Below, one piece after another: positions 29,044 through 40,560 of a stretch of 54,794 nt of DNA. Each line of letters starts with the position of its first letter. The stretch's first letter is position 1. Made by a program: the position numbers and the translations under genes. Location of the stretch: assembly GCA_003246675.1 (NCBI GenBank), contig QJZQ01000054.1, positions 1 through 54,794 on the forward strand. The letters are read 5' to 3'. The notes under the pieces were generated by a model. The model did not search any database and was not told the DNA's origin. It was given only the letters and a program-made list of their open reading frames with translations. This DNA is from Nitrospirota bacterium. GTDB lineage: Bacteria > Nitrospinota > Nitrospinia > Nitrospinales > VA-1.

Positions 29044-30369
29044 ATGCCGCATCTGACCAACTCCTGGGCCGGTTACGCCGCCCTGATCTGCTTCTTCCTC
29101 GCCTACTCCCTGGTGATCTTCGAGGAAAAGATCCACATGCGAAAATCCAAACCCGTGCTGGTGGGGGGGTGTCTCATGTGGGCGATGATCGGTTTTTACG
29201 AGGCCGGGCACGGCGGCAGCCACGCCCACGATTTCATCGTCGAGCTGATCGCGGAAATCGCCGAACTGTTTTTCTTCCTTCTCTCGGCGATGACCTTCAT
29301 CAACACCCTGGACGAACGCAACGTCTTTAAAAAGCTTCGCTCCTGGCTGCTCAGAAAAGGCTTCGGCTTCAGAAAACTGTTCTGGGCCACCGGTGGCATC
29401 ACGTTTCTCCTGTCACCCATGGCCGACAACCTGACCAGCGCGCTGCTCATGTCCACCGTGGCACTGGCGGTGAGCGGAGGCAACGCCCGCTTCATCGTTC
29501 CCGCCTTCACGCACATCGTGGTGGCCGCCAACGCCGGTGGCGCCTGGAGCCCCTTTGGCGACATCACGACGCTCATGGTATGGACCGCAGGCAAGGTGCA
29601 GACGATGGAATTCTCTTACCTGATGATACCCGCGTTGATCAACTGGGTGGTTCCCGCACTCATCATGCACTGGTTCGTCCCCGACGAGCAACCCGTCGGG
29701 TCCACCGAGCAGATCGAAATGAAACCGGGCGCCCGGGTCGTGATCGTTCTCGGCGTCCTGACCATCGCCACGGCGGTGAGCTTTCACCAGTTCCTGCACC
29801 TGCCGCCCTTTTTAGGGATGATGCTCGGCCTGGGCATTTTGATGATGTTCGGCTACGTTCTCAAGAAAAGCGGCGAAAAAACCTACCTGACGCGGCTTGA
29901 TCGCGATGTGAACACCGCCAAACCCGAGCCCTTCGATATTTTCCGCAAGGTGGAGGCGGTGGAGTTCGACACATTACTGTTCTTCTTCGGCGTCCTCACC
30001 GCTGTGGGCGCATTGCAATACATAGGCTACCTGGCGCTCGTCAGCCAGGGCCTGTACGGCACCCTGGGCCCCACCCCGTCCAATATTCTGGTGGGGCTGC
30101 TTTCGGCTGTTGTCGACAACATTCCCGTCATGTACGGTGTCATCAAGATGGACCCTCAGATGGGCCTGGACCAGTGGCTTCTCATCACGCTGACCACCGG
30201 CGTCGGCGGCAGCCTGCTCTCGGTGGGGTCGGCGGCGGGAGTTGCCGTGATGGGCGTGGATCGAAAAAACTACACGTTCATGGCGCATTTGAAATGGGCG
30301 CCGGTGATCGCTCTCGGTTACATCCTCAGCATCATGGCCTGGTGGGTGCTGACCCAGAACCTGCGCTAG
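29044..30369 (+). CDS. nhaD: Na+/H+ antiporter NhaD-type (ArsB/NhaD permease superfamily)
   Basis: 441-aa polytopic membrane protein. SPMADNLTSALLM and AANAGGAWSPFGDITTLMVW motifs typical of NhaD. GAAGGA Shine-Dalgarno 8 nt upstream. Confidence 0.8.
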   Translation: MPHLTNSWAGYAALICFFLAYSLVIFEEKIHMRKSKPVLVGGCLMWAMIGFYEAGHGGSHAHDFIVELIAEIAELFFFLLSAMTFINTLDERNVFKKLRSWLLRKGFGFRKLFWATGGITFLLSPMADNLTSALLMSTVALAVSGGNARFIVPAFTHIVVAANAGGAWSPFGDITTLMVWTAGKVQTMEFSYLMIPALINWVVPALIMHWFVPDEQPVGSTEQIEMKPGARVVIVLGVLTIATAVSFHQFLHLPPFLGMMLGLGILMMFGYVLKKSGEKTYLTRLDRDVNTAKPEPFDIFRKVEAVEFDTLLFFFGVLTAVGALQYIGYLALVSQGLYGTLGPTPSNILVGLLSAVVDNIPVMYGVIKMDPQMGLDQWLLITLTTGVGGSLLSVGSAAGVAVMGVDRKNYTFMAHLKWAPVIALGYILSIMAWWVLTQNLR

Positions 30370-30390
30370 CGCCGCGGCACCCCCCGGCCC

Positions 30391-31152
30391 TTAGAGGACG
30401 ACGCGCGCCAGCGTGAACACGTTCACCCGCCCCGCATTCGCCCCTTTGAGCGCCCGCGCCGCTTCGCCCGCCGTGGCGCCCGTGGTAAACACATCGTCCA
30501 CCAGAAGCACGTCCTTGCCCCGCACCACTTCGGGGCGGTCCACCGCAAACGCGCCGCGAATGTTCCGGCTCCGCTCGGCCCGGGTTTTTGCGGCCTGCGA
30601 ACCGGTATCGCGGACCCGGCAAAGCAGGCCGCTGGCCAGCGGCAGCTTGAGGACGGAAGCGACCTCCCGCGCAAGGAGGAACGACTGATCGAACCCGCGC
30701 TCGCGCATCTTCCTGAAATGAAGGGGAACCGGAGCAACGTAAAACCCCGCATAGGTCTCGGGCGCGCCGGCAAAATAGCGTTTCAAAAGAGCCGCGATAT
30801 CGACCACCGCCCCCGGCTGCGGACTGTATTTGAAGAAATGCACCAGTTCCCTGAGCACCGTGTCGTAGGATCCGAGCGAACGTGCCCGGTCGAACGGATG
30901 CGAGTTTTTACGGCACTCACCGCACAGAAACCCGGAAGCGGGAAACTCATAGGAAATATCGGCCGGCATGCCGCAGGCGTCGCAATACGGCCGGCGGATA
31001 AACGTGATTTCCCCCAGGCAGGGAGCGCACAGGAATTCTCCGCCCCCGGCGCGCGGCCCCCGGCAGTAAATACAGCTTCTTGGGAACAGGCCGTCAAGCA
31101 CGCTACCCGCCAGGGAACGCCCCAGTTTTTCCAGCTTTTTAAATATCGGCAT
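30391..31152 (-). CDS. comF: ComF-family protein (zinc-ribbon plus phosphoribosyltransferase domain)
   Basis: Start at ATG 31152 (MPIFKKLEKL). N-terminal CxxC..CxxC pairs and the PRTase motif VLLVDDVFTTGAT. Confidence 0.8.
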   Translation of the reverse strand: MPIFKKLEKLGRSLAGSVLDGLFPRSCIYCRGPRAGGGEFLCAPCLGEITFIRRPYCDACGMPADISYEFPASGFLCGECRKNSHPFDRARSLGSYDTVLRELVHFFKYSPQPGAVVDIAALLKRYFAGAPETYAGFYVAPVPLHFRKMRERGFDQSFLLAREVASVLKLPLASGLLCRVRDTGSQAAKTRAERSRNIRGAFAVDRPEVVRGKDVLLVDDVFTTGATAGEAARALKGANAGRVNVFTLARVVL

Positions 31153-31324
31153 GGCCTTTGCGCGCGCCGGGGGCACGCCGCGTTCCCGCTTTAGCGGAAC
31201 GGGAACGCAGGGTTAAAATTTGTTATCCAAACATATTTTATGATAAAGTTGCAAGTTTGAATCACCCGCCCCGGCTTCCCCTGGCCGGGGTTTCTTTGCA
31301 GCACCAAGCCATCACCGAGAGCCC

Positions 31325-32530
31325 ATGAACAGCAACGAAGAAATCATCCAGTTGACCGATCACCACGTGGCCGCCACCTACGGCCGCATTCCCATCGCCC
31401 TGGTGCGCGGCAAGGGCACCCGGGTGTGGGACGCATCGGGAAAAAAATATATCGACTTTGTCAGCGGCCTCGCCGTGAACAACCTCGGCCACTGCCCCCC
31501 GGCGGTGGTCCAGGCGATCCGCAAACAGGCGGGAACGCTGCTGCACGTCTCCAACCTGTACCACATCGAGCCGCAGTCGCGCCTGGCGGAGGAACTCACC
31601 CGGCTCTCTTTCGCCGACAAAGTCTTTTTCTGCAACAGCGGCACCGAGGCCAACGAGGCCGCCATCAAACTCGCCCGCCGTTACCACCACGACCGGGGCG
31701 AAACCGGCCGGCACGAGATTCTGTCGATGCACAACTCGTTTCACGGGCGCACCCTGGGCTCCCTGTCGGCCACGGCGCAGAAAAAATTTCATCTGGGTTT
31801 CAAGCCTCTGGTTCCCGGCTTCAAATACATCCCCTTCAACGACCTGGCAGCGCTTGAGGCGGCCCTCTCGAAAAAAACCGCCGCCGTCATCATCGAGCCG
31901 GTGCAGGGCGAAGGCGGCGTCCACGTCGCGGGCAAGGCCTACCTGAAACGGGTGAAAAAACTGTGCGCCGAAAACGGCGCGCTTCTTATTTTCGACGAAG
32001 TGCAAACCGGCTTCGGGCGCACGGGAAAACTCTTCGCCCACGAGCACTACGGTGTGCGGCCCGACCTCATGACGCTCGCCAAGGGCATGGCCAGCGGCAT
32101 CGCCATCGGCGCACTGGCGGGAACCGCCCGCGCAATGGCCACCTTCAAGCCGGGGACCCACGCAGCCACTTTCGGCGGCAACCCACTGGCCTGCCAGGCA
32201 GGCCTGGCCACGTTGAGCGTCCTCACGGGCGACAACTTTCTCGCAGGCGCCGCAGCCACCGGGGCCTACTTCGCCGACCGACTGCGCGAACTGAAGCAAA
32301 AGTTTCCCATCATCCGCGATGTTCGCGGGCTCGGTCTCATGCTCGCCATCGAGCTGGACCGGCCGGCTGCGGAGATCGTCCAGGAATGCCTGCGAAGGGG
32401 CTACCTTATCAACTGCGTCCAGGAAAAGACGCTGAGGTTCCTGCCGCCGCTCATCATCACCCGGAAGGAAATCGACGGGTTGATAAAGACCCTTGCGTCC
32501 ATTCTGGGCGCCGACCCGGCGCGGCCCTGA
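31325..32530 (+). CDS. argD: Acetylornithine aminotransferase
   Basis: 401 aa. FFCNSGTEANEAAIKLAR, IFDEVQTGFGRTGK, and the PLP lysine context TLAKGMASG. Confidence 0.92.
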   Translation: MNSNEEIIQLTDHHVAATYGRIPIALVRGKGTRVWDASGKKYIDFVSGLAVNNLGHCPPAVVQAIRKQAGTLLHVSNLYHIEPQSRLAEELTRLSFADKVFFCNSGTEANEAAIKLARRYHHDRGETGRHEILSMHNSFHGRTLGSLSATAQKKFHLGFKPLVPGFKYIPFNDLAALEAALSKKTAAVIIEPVQGEGGVHVAGKAYLKRVKKLCAENGALLIFDEVQTGFGRTGKLFAHEHYGVRPDLMTLAKGMASGIAIGALAGTARAMATFKPGTHAATFGGNPLACQAGLATLSVLTGDNFLAGAAATGAYFADRLRELKQKFPIIRDVRGLGLMLAIELDRPAAEIVQECLRRGYLINCVQEKTLRFLPPLIITRKEIDGLIKTLASILGADPARP

Positions 32531-32574
32531 GTTCGCCCGCCCGGCCATCGAGATAATCCACGAGGTTCATCGCC

Positions 32575-33474
32575 ATGAAAAAAGACCTGCTGACGTTCAA
32601 CGATCTCACGCGTGACGACGTCCACCATTTTCTTGCCAGGGCCGCCGCACTCAAGGCGGAGCGCCGGGCCGGGGTGTTTCATTACCCGCTGCGCGGCAAA
32701 TCGCTCGGGATGATATTCAACAAGCATTCCACCCGCACCCGTATTTCCTTCGAAGTGGGCATGAACGAAATGGGCGGCCACTCGCTTTTCCTGACCGGTG
32801 ACCAGCTCCAGCTCAAGCGTGGAGAGTCCCTGCAGGATTCCGCCCGCGTGCTTTCCCGCTACCTGCATGGCCTGCTCATCCGCACCTACGACCACGATGA
32901 AGTGGTCGAACTCGCGCGCTGGGCCGACATTCCGGTGATCAACGGCCTCACGGACCTGAGCCACCCGGTGCAGGTGCTCTCCGACCTGTTCACCATCCAG
33001 GAAAAACTCTCGCGGCTTGATGGCGTGAAAGTCGCCTATGTGGGCGATGGCAACAACGTCACCTACTCGTGGATTCTCGCCGCCTCCCTCATGGGAATGC
33101 ACCTCAGCGTCGCAACGCCTCCCGGCTGCCGCCCCCTCATGCCCGAAACCCGGGCCGGCGACGGCGTGGTCGAAATCATGGACGACCCCCTGGCGGCGGT
33201 GAAGGACGCCGACGTCATTTACACCGACGTATGGGTCAGCATGGGGCAGGAAGAGAGCGAAGAGAAAATCCGCTGCCTCAAGCCTTACCAGATCAACCAG
33301 CAACTCGTCGAAGCCACGGGCCGGGAACCGCTCGTCATGCACTGCCTGCCGGCACACCGGGAACTGGAAATCACCTCCGAAGTGATGGACGGAAAACATT
33401 CCGTCGTCTTCGATCAGGCGGAGAACCGCCTGCACGTGCAAAAGGCCATCCTGGAAACACTGTTAAGCCGGTAG
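32575..33474 (+). CDS. argF: Ornithine carbamoyltransferase
   Basis: 299 aa. STRTRISFE, HPVQVLSD and HCLPAHR motifs. Confidence 0.95.
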   Translation: MKKDLLTFNDLTRDDVHHFLARAAALKAERRAGVFHYPLRGKSLGMIFNKHSTRTRISFEVGMNEMGGHSLFLTGDQLQLKRGESLQDSARVLSRYLHGLLIRTYDHDEVVELARWADIPVINGLTDLSHPVQVLSDLFTIQEKLSRLDGVKVAYVGDGNNVTYSWILAASLMGMHLSVATPPGCRPLMPETRAGDGVVEIMDDPLAAVKDADVIYTDVWVSMGQEESEEKIRCLKPYQINQQLVEATGREPLVMHCLPAHRELEITSEVMDGKHSVVFDQAENRLHVQKAILETLLSR

Positions 33475-33559
33475 GAACAATGGTAGAATCGGGCCGTCAT
33501 GGCCCGAAATCCTGGGTGCATGGCTTAACCGCCCCCCGCTTCTACGGGAAAAAATAGCG

Positions 33560-36392
<2,833 letters not shown>

Positions 36393-36758
36393 TCACCCCT
36401 TCACCGCGTCGTCGATCACGCCACGGATGACGAATTCGTTGAGGTCGTAGCCGGAGCGTTTCGGCAACGCCGACTGGAACACGGCTTTTATCAGCGGCAG
36501 TTTTTCCGCGTCGAGGAAGGCGTGCAGACGCTCGAAGTGTTGTTCGGGGAAGTACACGGTGAGGTCGAGCTTGGCGCGCTGATAGACGAAACGGTAACCC
36601 GAGCGCATCGGGCTCGCCCGGCGAGGGCGATATTCGGCCGCCCCCTCGAGCATGATCGGGGCGATGGTTTCCCATTCCCCGCCCAGGGCAACGAGCCCCT
36701 GGCGCACACGGGAAAGCAGGGTCTGGGGGCTTTCCAGGTCGTAGGTGTAGCTCGTCAT
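36393..36758 (-). CDS. Hypothetical protein (121 aa), no family recognised
   Basis: Clean ORF with a GGGGGGAGA Shine-Dalgarno ~9 nt upstream of the ATG. Protein-like composition. Its stop directly abuts the convergent tgt stop. Confidence 0.55.
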   Translation of the reverse strand: MTSYTYDLESPQTLLSRVRQGLVALGGEWETIAPIMLEGAAEYRPRRASPMRSGYRFVYQRAKLDLTVYFPEQHFERLHAFLDAEKLPLIKAVFQSALPKRSGYDLNEFVIRGVIDDAVKG

Positions 36759-36789
36759 TGTTTCTTTCTCCCCCCCTGGCCGAAACGGC

Positions 36790-37623
36790 TCAGGGAATAT
36801 TCTGGCGGCGCGCCCTCAGCGCCAGAAACAGCGGAATTTCACGGCGCGCGCGGTTTTCTCCCCGCGACCGCTTGCCCGGCTCGCTTTCCTTTTTCGATAC
36901 CCATTCTTCCAGACCGTCGACCATAAGCCCGGCTTCGGTGATCGCCTGGAAATAACTCTCAAGCGGCCGGTGGTAGGTGGAAGTGAATATTTGGGAACGC
37001 GCAAAAGGCGGCGTCAAAATCGGAATGAGCATCTCCGAGAGGTAGCGGTCCACCCTGCGGTACTCCATCTTCTTTTCCTCGTCCCAGCCCCAGTGGGTTT
37101 GCCGCGGAATGCGAAAACAAGGGTGTGTCACCACCATCACCAGGCGGCCGCCGGGTTTCAACCAGGTGGCCGCGTTCTTCATCACCGGCTGAATGTCCTC
37201 CATGTTCTGCAGGGCCATCAGACAGACGATGGCGTCGAAGGTGGCTTCTTCGAAAGAATCCGGCTCGCGCGCGTCGGCATGGTGGAAACACACGGAAGCC
37301 GGTGAGCGGGAGGCGGCGTAGCCGAGGAGTTGTTCGGACGCGTCCAGGCCCTCCACGCGCATGCCCTTTTGCGCCAGGTAGCGCGAAAACGCCCCCGGCC
37401 CGCAGGCCAGGTCGAGAACGCGCTCCTTCTTTTTCAGCTCCAGCATGCGGAAGGCGCCGGGGAAAATAAGGGTTCGCTGGTATTCACTGCCCTGATCGCC
37501 GACCACGGCGTTGTACCAACGCGCCGCCTGGTCCCACTCCGTGACGGGAGCGGGTGTGGGCCGGGCGGATCGCCTGGCCGGCGGCGGCCCCTTGCGCCGC
37601 GGAGATATTCTTTTTTGCTTCAT
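36790..37623 (-). CDS. Class I SAM-dependent methyltransferase
   Basis: 277 aa. VLDLACGPGAFSRYL motif I, FDAIVCLMALQN, GGRLVMVV. Basic, proline-rich N-terminal tail. Confidence 0.75.
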   Translation of the reverse strand: MKQKRISPRRKGPPPARRSARPTPAPVTEWDQAARWYNAVVGDQGSEYQRTLIFPGAFRMLELKKKERVLDLACGPGAFSRYLAQKGMRVEGLDASEQLLGYAASRSPASVCFHHADAREPDSFEEATFDAIVCLMALQNMEDIQPVMKNAATWLKPGGRLVMVVTHPCFRIPRQTHWGWDEEKKMEYRRVDRYLSEMLIPILTPPFARSQIFTSTYHRPLESYFQAITEAGLMVDGLEEWVSKKESEPGKRSRGENRARREIPLFLALRARRQNIP

Positions 37624-37648
37624 GACATTTTGTCCATCAAAGGCGCCG

Positions 37649-37678
37649 CTTGCCCAAGGCCACCGGCATCCTTTATAA
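37649..37678 (+). promoter_or_regulatory. Putative sigma70 promoter (-35 TTGCCC, 18-nt spacer, -10 TATAAT) for the lipoprotein gene
   Basis: ttgccc at 37649..37654 and tataat at 37673..37678, ~80 nt upstream of ATG 37758. Confidence 0.3.
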
Positions 37679-37757
37679 TCGCTACAGGTTATTTCTGCGG
37701 GCCAGCCACCCCAAGCCCCGCTACAATCCGAGCCATCTTACCATACGAGGTAACTCC

Positions 37758-38228
37758 ATGACACGCGCCCCGAATATTTCCTCCCACGGCAAAGTCCTGG
37801 CCGCGCTTTTTCTCGCCTGCCTGCTCGCGGCCTGCGCCTCGGCGGACTACAACCGGAAAACAGAACAGCTCGATAAAAGCCTCCGCGTGTTCAACCTGCA
37901 GTTCGAAAGCAAAATGATCGACAATGTCCTCCCGCTGATCCACAAGGACGAGCGAGAGGCGTTCGCCATCGACAGCCTGGAGTTTCGCGATCGGGTGACG
38001 TTCTATGAAACCTCACCCATCGACATACGCTACTTCAAGGATGACAAAGAAGCCGAGACCACCGCCAACGGCCCCGAGGAGGGGTTCAACAAGGTCATCA
38101 CCAAGATCCGCTACCGCTTCGTCGCCTTGCCGAACAACCAGGTGAGAACCACCATTGTCGAGCAGGAATGGGTGTATGAGAATGAAAGCTGGTTCGTCAA
38201 ACCCAAGCTGAAACCGTTCCTGAATTGA
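37758..38228 (+). CDS. Small lipoprotein, function unknown
   Basis: Start at ATG 37758 with a GAGG Shine-Dalgarno upstream. Signal peptide ending in the lipobox LLAAC (VLAALFLACLLAACAS). 156 aa. Confidence 0.65.
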   Translation: MTRAPNISSHGKVLAALFLACLLAACASADYNRKTEQLDKSLRVFNLQFESKMIDNVLPLIHKDEREAFAIDSLEFRDRVTFYETSPIDIRYFKDDKEAETTANGPEEGFNKVITKIRYRFVALPNNQVRTTIVEQEWVYENESWFVKPKLKPFLN

Positions 38229-38244
38229 ACGGCGCTTCCTCGCG

Positions 38245-38967
38245 CTACTCCGCTTCCGCCACGACTTCCACAGGCTGGTGAAGCGCCACATTGTCCTTCC
38301 CCACCGTGCAATTGATGCCGTAAAGCTCCACACCCGCCCGTTTGGCCTCGCGCAGCGTACGGCCGAACTCCGGGTCCACCCCGTCGTTGGGACGAATGAC
38401 GCGGGTGTCGGACCGCTGCGAAACGAAGAGCACCGCGGCGCGGCGGCCAGGCGACAGCAGTGACATCAACTCGCGCAGATGCTTTACGCCGCGCGCCGTG
38501 GGCGCATCCGGGAAACGCCCCACCCCGTCTTCGACAAAACTCACCGATTTGACCTCCACGTAAACCAGGGCGGAGGGCGTATCGATTCGAAAATCCAGGC
38601 GGCTGCTCCCCATTTTCACCTCGCTCGCATAGCCGGTGACCGGCGCGAAAAAGGGCAGGCTCCCCTCGGCCAGCGCCCGCTCCACCAGCACATTGGCGAA
38701 CCCCGGATAGACGGAAACCCAGATCGAACCCTGCCGCACCAAAACGAGGCTGTAATCGGTCTTGCGTTTGGGGCCGGGGCAATGCACCAGCCGCACCCTT
38801 CGGCCCGGAATCATCAAACCGGGAAGCCGGCCGGGGTCGGGCACGTGCGCCTCGGTTTCCCGGCCGCCGATGAGCACCCGCGCCAGATAGCGGTTGGGCC
38901 GCTCAATAAAAACGCCGTCGACGATTTCGTCGCCAAGGCGGACCGGAGTGCAGTTCCTGGCGTTCAA
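38245..38967 (-). CDS. sfsA: SfsA-family DNA/RNA nuclease (sugar fermentation stimulation protein A homologue)
   Basis: 240 aa. FIERPNRYLARV N-terminal OB-like motif and a C-terminal PD-(D/E)xK-like region (YVEVKSV). Confidence 0.85.
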   Translation of the reverse strand: MNARNCTPVRLGDEIVDGVFIERPNRYLARVLIGGRETEAHVPDPGRLPGLMIPGRRVRLVHCPGPKRKTDYSLVLVRQGSIWVSVYPGFANVLVERALAEGSLPFFAPVTGYASEVKMGSSRLDFRIDTPSALVYVEVKSVSFVEDGVGRFPDAPTARGVKHLRELMSLLSPGRRAAVLFVSQRSDTRVIRPNDGVDPEFGRTLREAKRAGVELYGINCTVGKDNVALHQPVEVVAEAE

Positions 38968-39028
38968 CGTAATGCGGAATCAGAGAAGGCGGAGAAAAGC
39001 CAACGGGGCATGGCGACCCGCCGAGGGG

Positions 39029-40546
39029 CTAATGGTGGCCGCCGCCGTGGCCCGCATCGAGGTTGACGGTTTTTTCAATCGTCAACAGCCGGTCCACGGA
39101 GGGCGAGACCCTGTCGATGAACGGCTTCGGGTACAGGCCGATGAAGACGATCAGCAGGCAAGCGGGAAGCAGCAGGCCGAACTCGCCCCGGTTGATGTCG
39201 GTGAGATGAGCGGGGAGCTTGTCGTTCTTTTCCTGCATCGCCCCCTGGAACATGTACAGCATGTAGATGGAGGCGAAGACGATGGCAAGCCCAGCCATAA
39301 GAACGAAGATCGTGGACATGTCGGAAAGCATCGCCGACGTCCAGACCCCCATGAGGATGAGAAATTCGCCGACGAAGCCGTTCAGCCCGGGCAGGCCGAG
39401 GGCGGCCAGGGTGATGAGCATGAACATGCCGTAGAGCACCGGCATGGCCGTGCCGAGGCCACGGAAATCCTTCAGGTTGCGCGTTCCCATCCGTTTTTCC
39501 AGAATACCGACGATGAGGAACAGCGCCGAGGCGATGATGCCGTGGTTGATCATCTGCAGAACGCTGCCTTCGATGCCCTGGCCGTTGTGGGCGAAGATCC
39601 CGAGCACGATGAACCCGAGGTGACTGATGCTGGAATACGCCACCAGGGCCTTGAGGTCCTTCTGCGCCACGGCGATCCAGGCCCCGTAGACAATCCCCCC
39701 CGCCGCCGCGCAACCGATGGCCACCGCGAGGCTCTCCACCGCGTCGGGAAACATCGGCAGGCAAAAACGAATGATGCCATAAGCTCCCGTTTTCGACATC
39801 GCTCCGGTGAGCAGGACGAGGGCGGGAATCGGGCAGGCGACGTAGGTGTGCGGGAGCCAGCTGTGCAGGGGAAACACCGGCACCTTGATGGCGAATGCGA
39901 GAAAGAAGAACAGGAACATCCACAACTGCGACACCGGGTCAATGTGGGTGTGCACCAGCGTCTGGATATCAAACGTGAGTTCGTGGGTGGCGTTGTAGTG
40001 CGCCACCGAAATGGAGACGATGGCCACCAGCATCAACAGGCTGCCGACCAGGGTGTAGAGCACGAACTTGGTCGTGGCATACACGCGCCGCCCCTCGCCC
40101 CAGATACCGATGAGAAAATAGGTGGGGATCAGCATCAATTCCCAGAACACGTAAAACAAAATGGTATCGAGGGCGACGAACACGCCCAGCGTCCCCGCTT
40201 CCAGAGCCAGCATCAGGGCGAGGAAGTCGCGCAGATTGTCCTTGCGGTCGAGGGAAAAGAAGATCGCGATGACCGAAAGAAACGTGGTCAGAACCAGCAA
40301 CAGCACGCTGATGCCATCCACCCCCACCTGATAGCGGATGTTAAGGAGCTTCACCCACAAGAAAGATTCGGTGAACTGCATCCCCGGGTCCGCCTCCTTG
40401 AACCACACCAGCACCCCGAGGGAAATCAGGAAGCTGAGAGACGCGGCGCCAAGCGCCACGGCACGCGCCACCGCCGGGTTGTTCCTGTCCACAAACAGGA
40501 GCCCGAGGGCGGCCACCAGGGGAATGAATACGATCAGCGATAACAT
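39029..40546 (-). CDS. nuoM: NADH-quinone oxidoreductase subunit M (antiporter-like), last gene of the operon
   Basis: 505 aa. FYVFWELMLIPTYFLIGIWG, KDLKALVAYSSISHLG and GFVGEFLIL motifs. The usually conserved WLPDAH.EAPT segment is divergent (WLPHTYVACPIP). Confidence 0.88.
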   Translation of the reverse strand: MLSLIVFIPLVAALGLLFVDRNNPAVARAVALGAASLSFLISLGVLVWFKEADPGMQFTESFLWVKLLNIRYQVGVDGISVLLLVLTTFLSVIAIFFSLDRKDNLRDFLALMLALEAGTLGVFVALDTILFYVFWELMLIPTYFLIGIWGEGRRVYATTKFVLYTLVGSLLMLVAIVSISVAHYNATHELTFDIQTLVHTHIDPVSQLWMFLFFFLAFAIKVPVFPLHSWLPHTYVACPIPALVLLTGAMSKTGAYGIIRFCLPMFPDAVESLAVAIGCAAAGGIVYGAWIAVAQKDLKALVAYSSISHLGFIVLGIFAHNGQGIEGSVLQMINHGIIASALFLIVGILEKRMGTRNLKDFRGLGTAMPVLYGMFMLITLAALGLPGLNGFVGEFLILMGVWTSAMLSDMSTIFVLMAGLAIVFASIYMLYMFQGAMQEKNDKLPAHLTDINRGEFGLLLPACLLIVFIGLYPKPFIDRVSPSVDRLLTIEKTVNLDAGHGGGHH

Positions 40547-40560
40547 CTAATTCCTTCCGT

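Noticed and set aside
31153-31324. ARG box (ArgR operator) upstream of argD
   Set aside because: The AT-rich stretch ttaaaatttgttatccaaacatattttatgataaagttgcaagtttgaatc contains one TGAAT-like element but no convincing TGAAT-N4-ATTCA palindrome. The nearby gttcccgc-ttta-gcggaac hairpin is imperfect.
33490-33506. Hairpin cgggcc-gtcat-ggcccg after argF as a Rho-independent terminator
   Set aside because: The 6-bp GC stem is real, but it is followed by aaatcc on the plus strand with no U-tract, so it is not a convincing intrinsic terminator.
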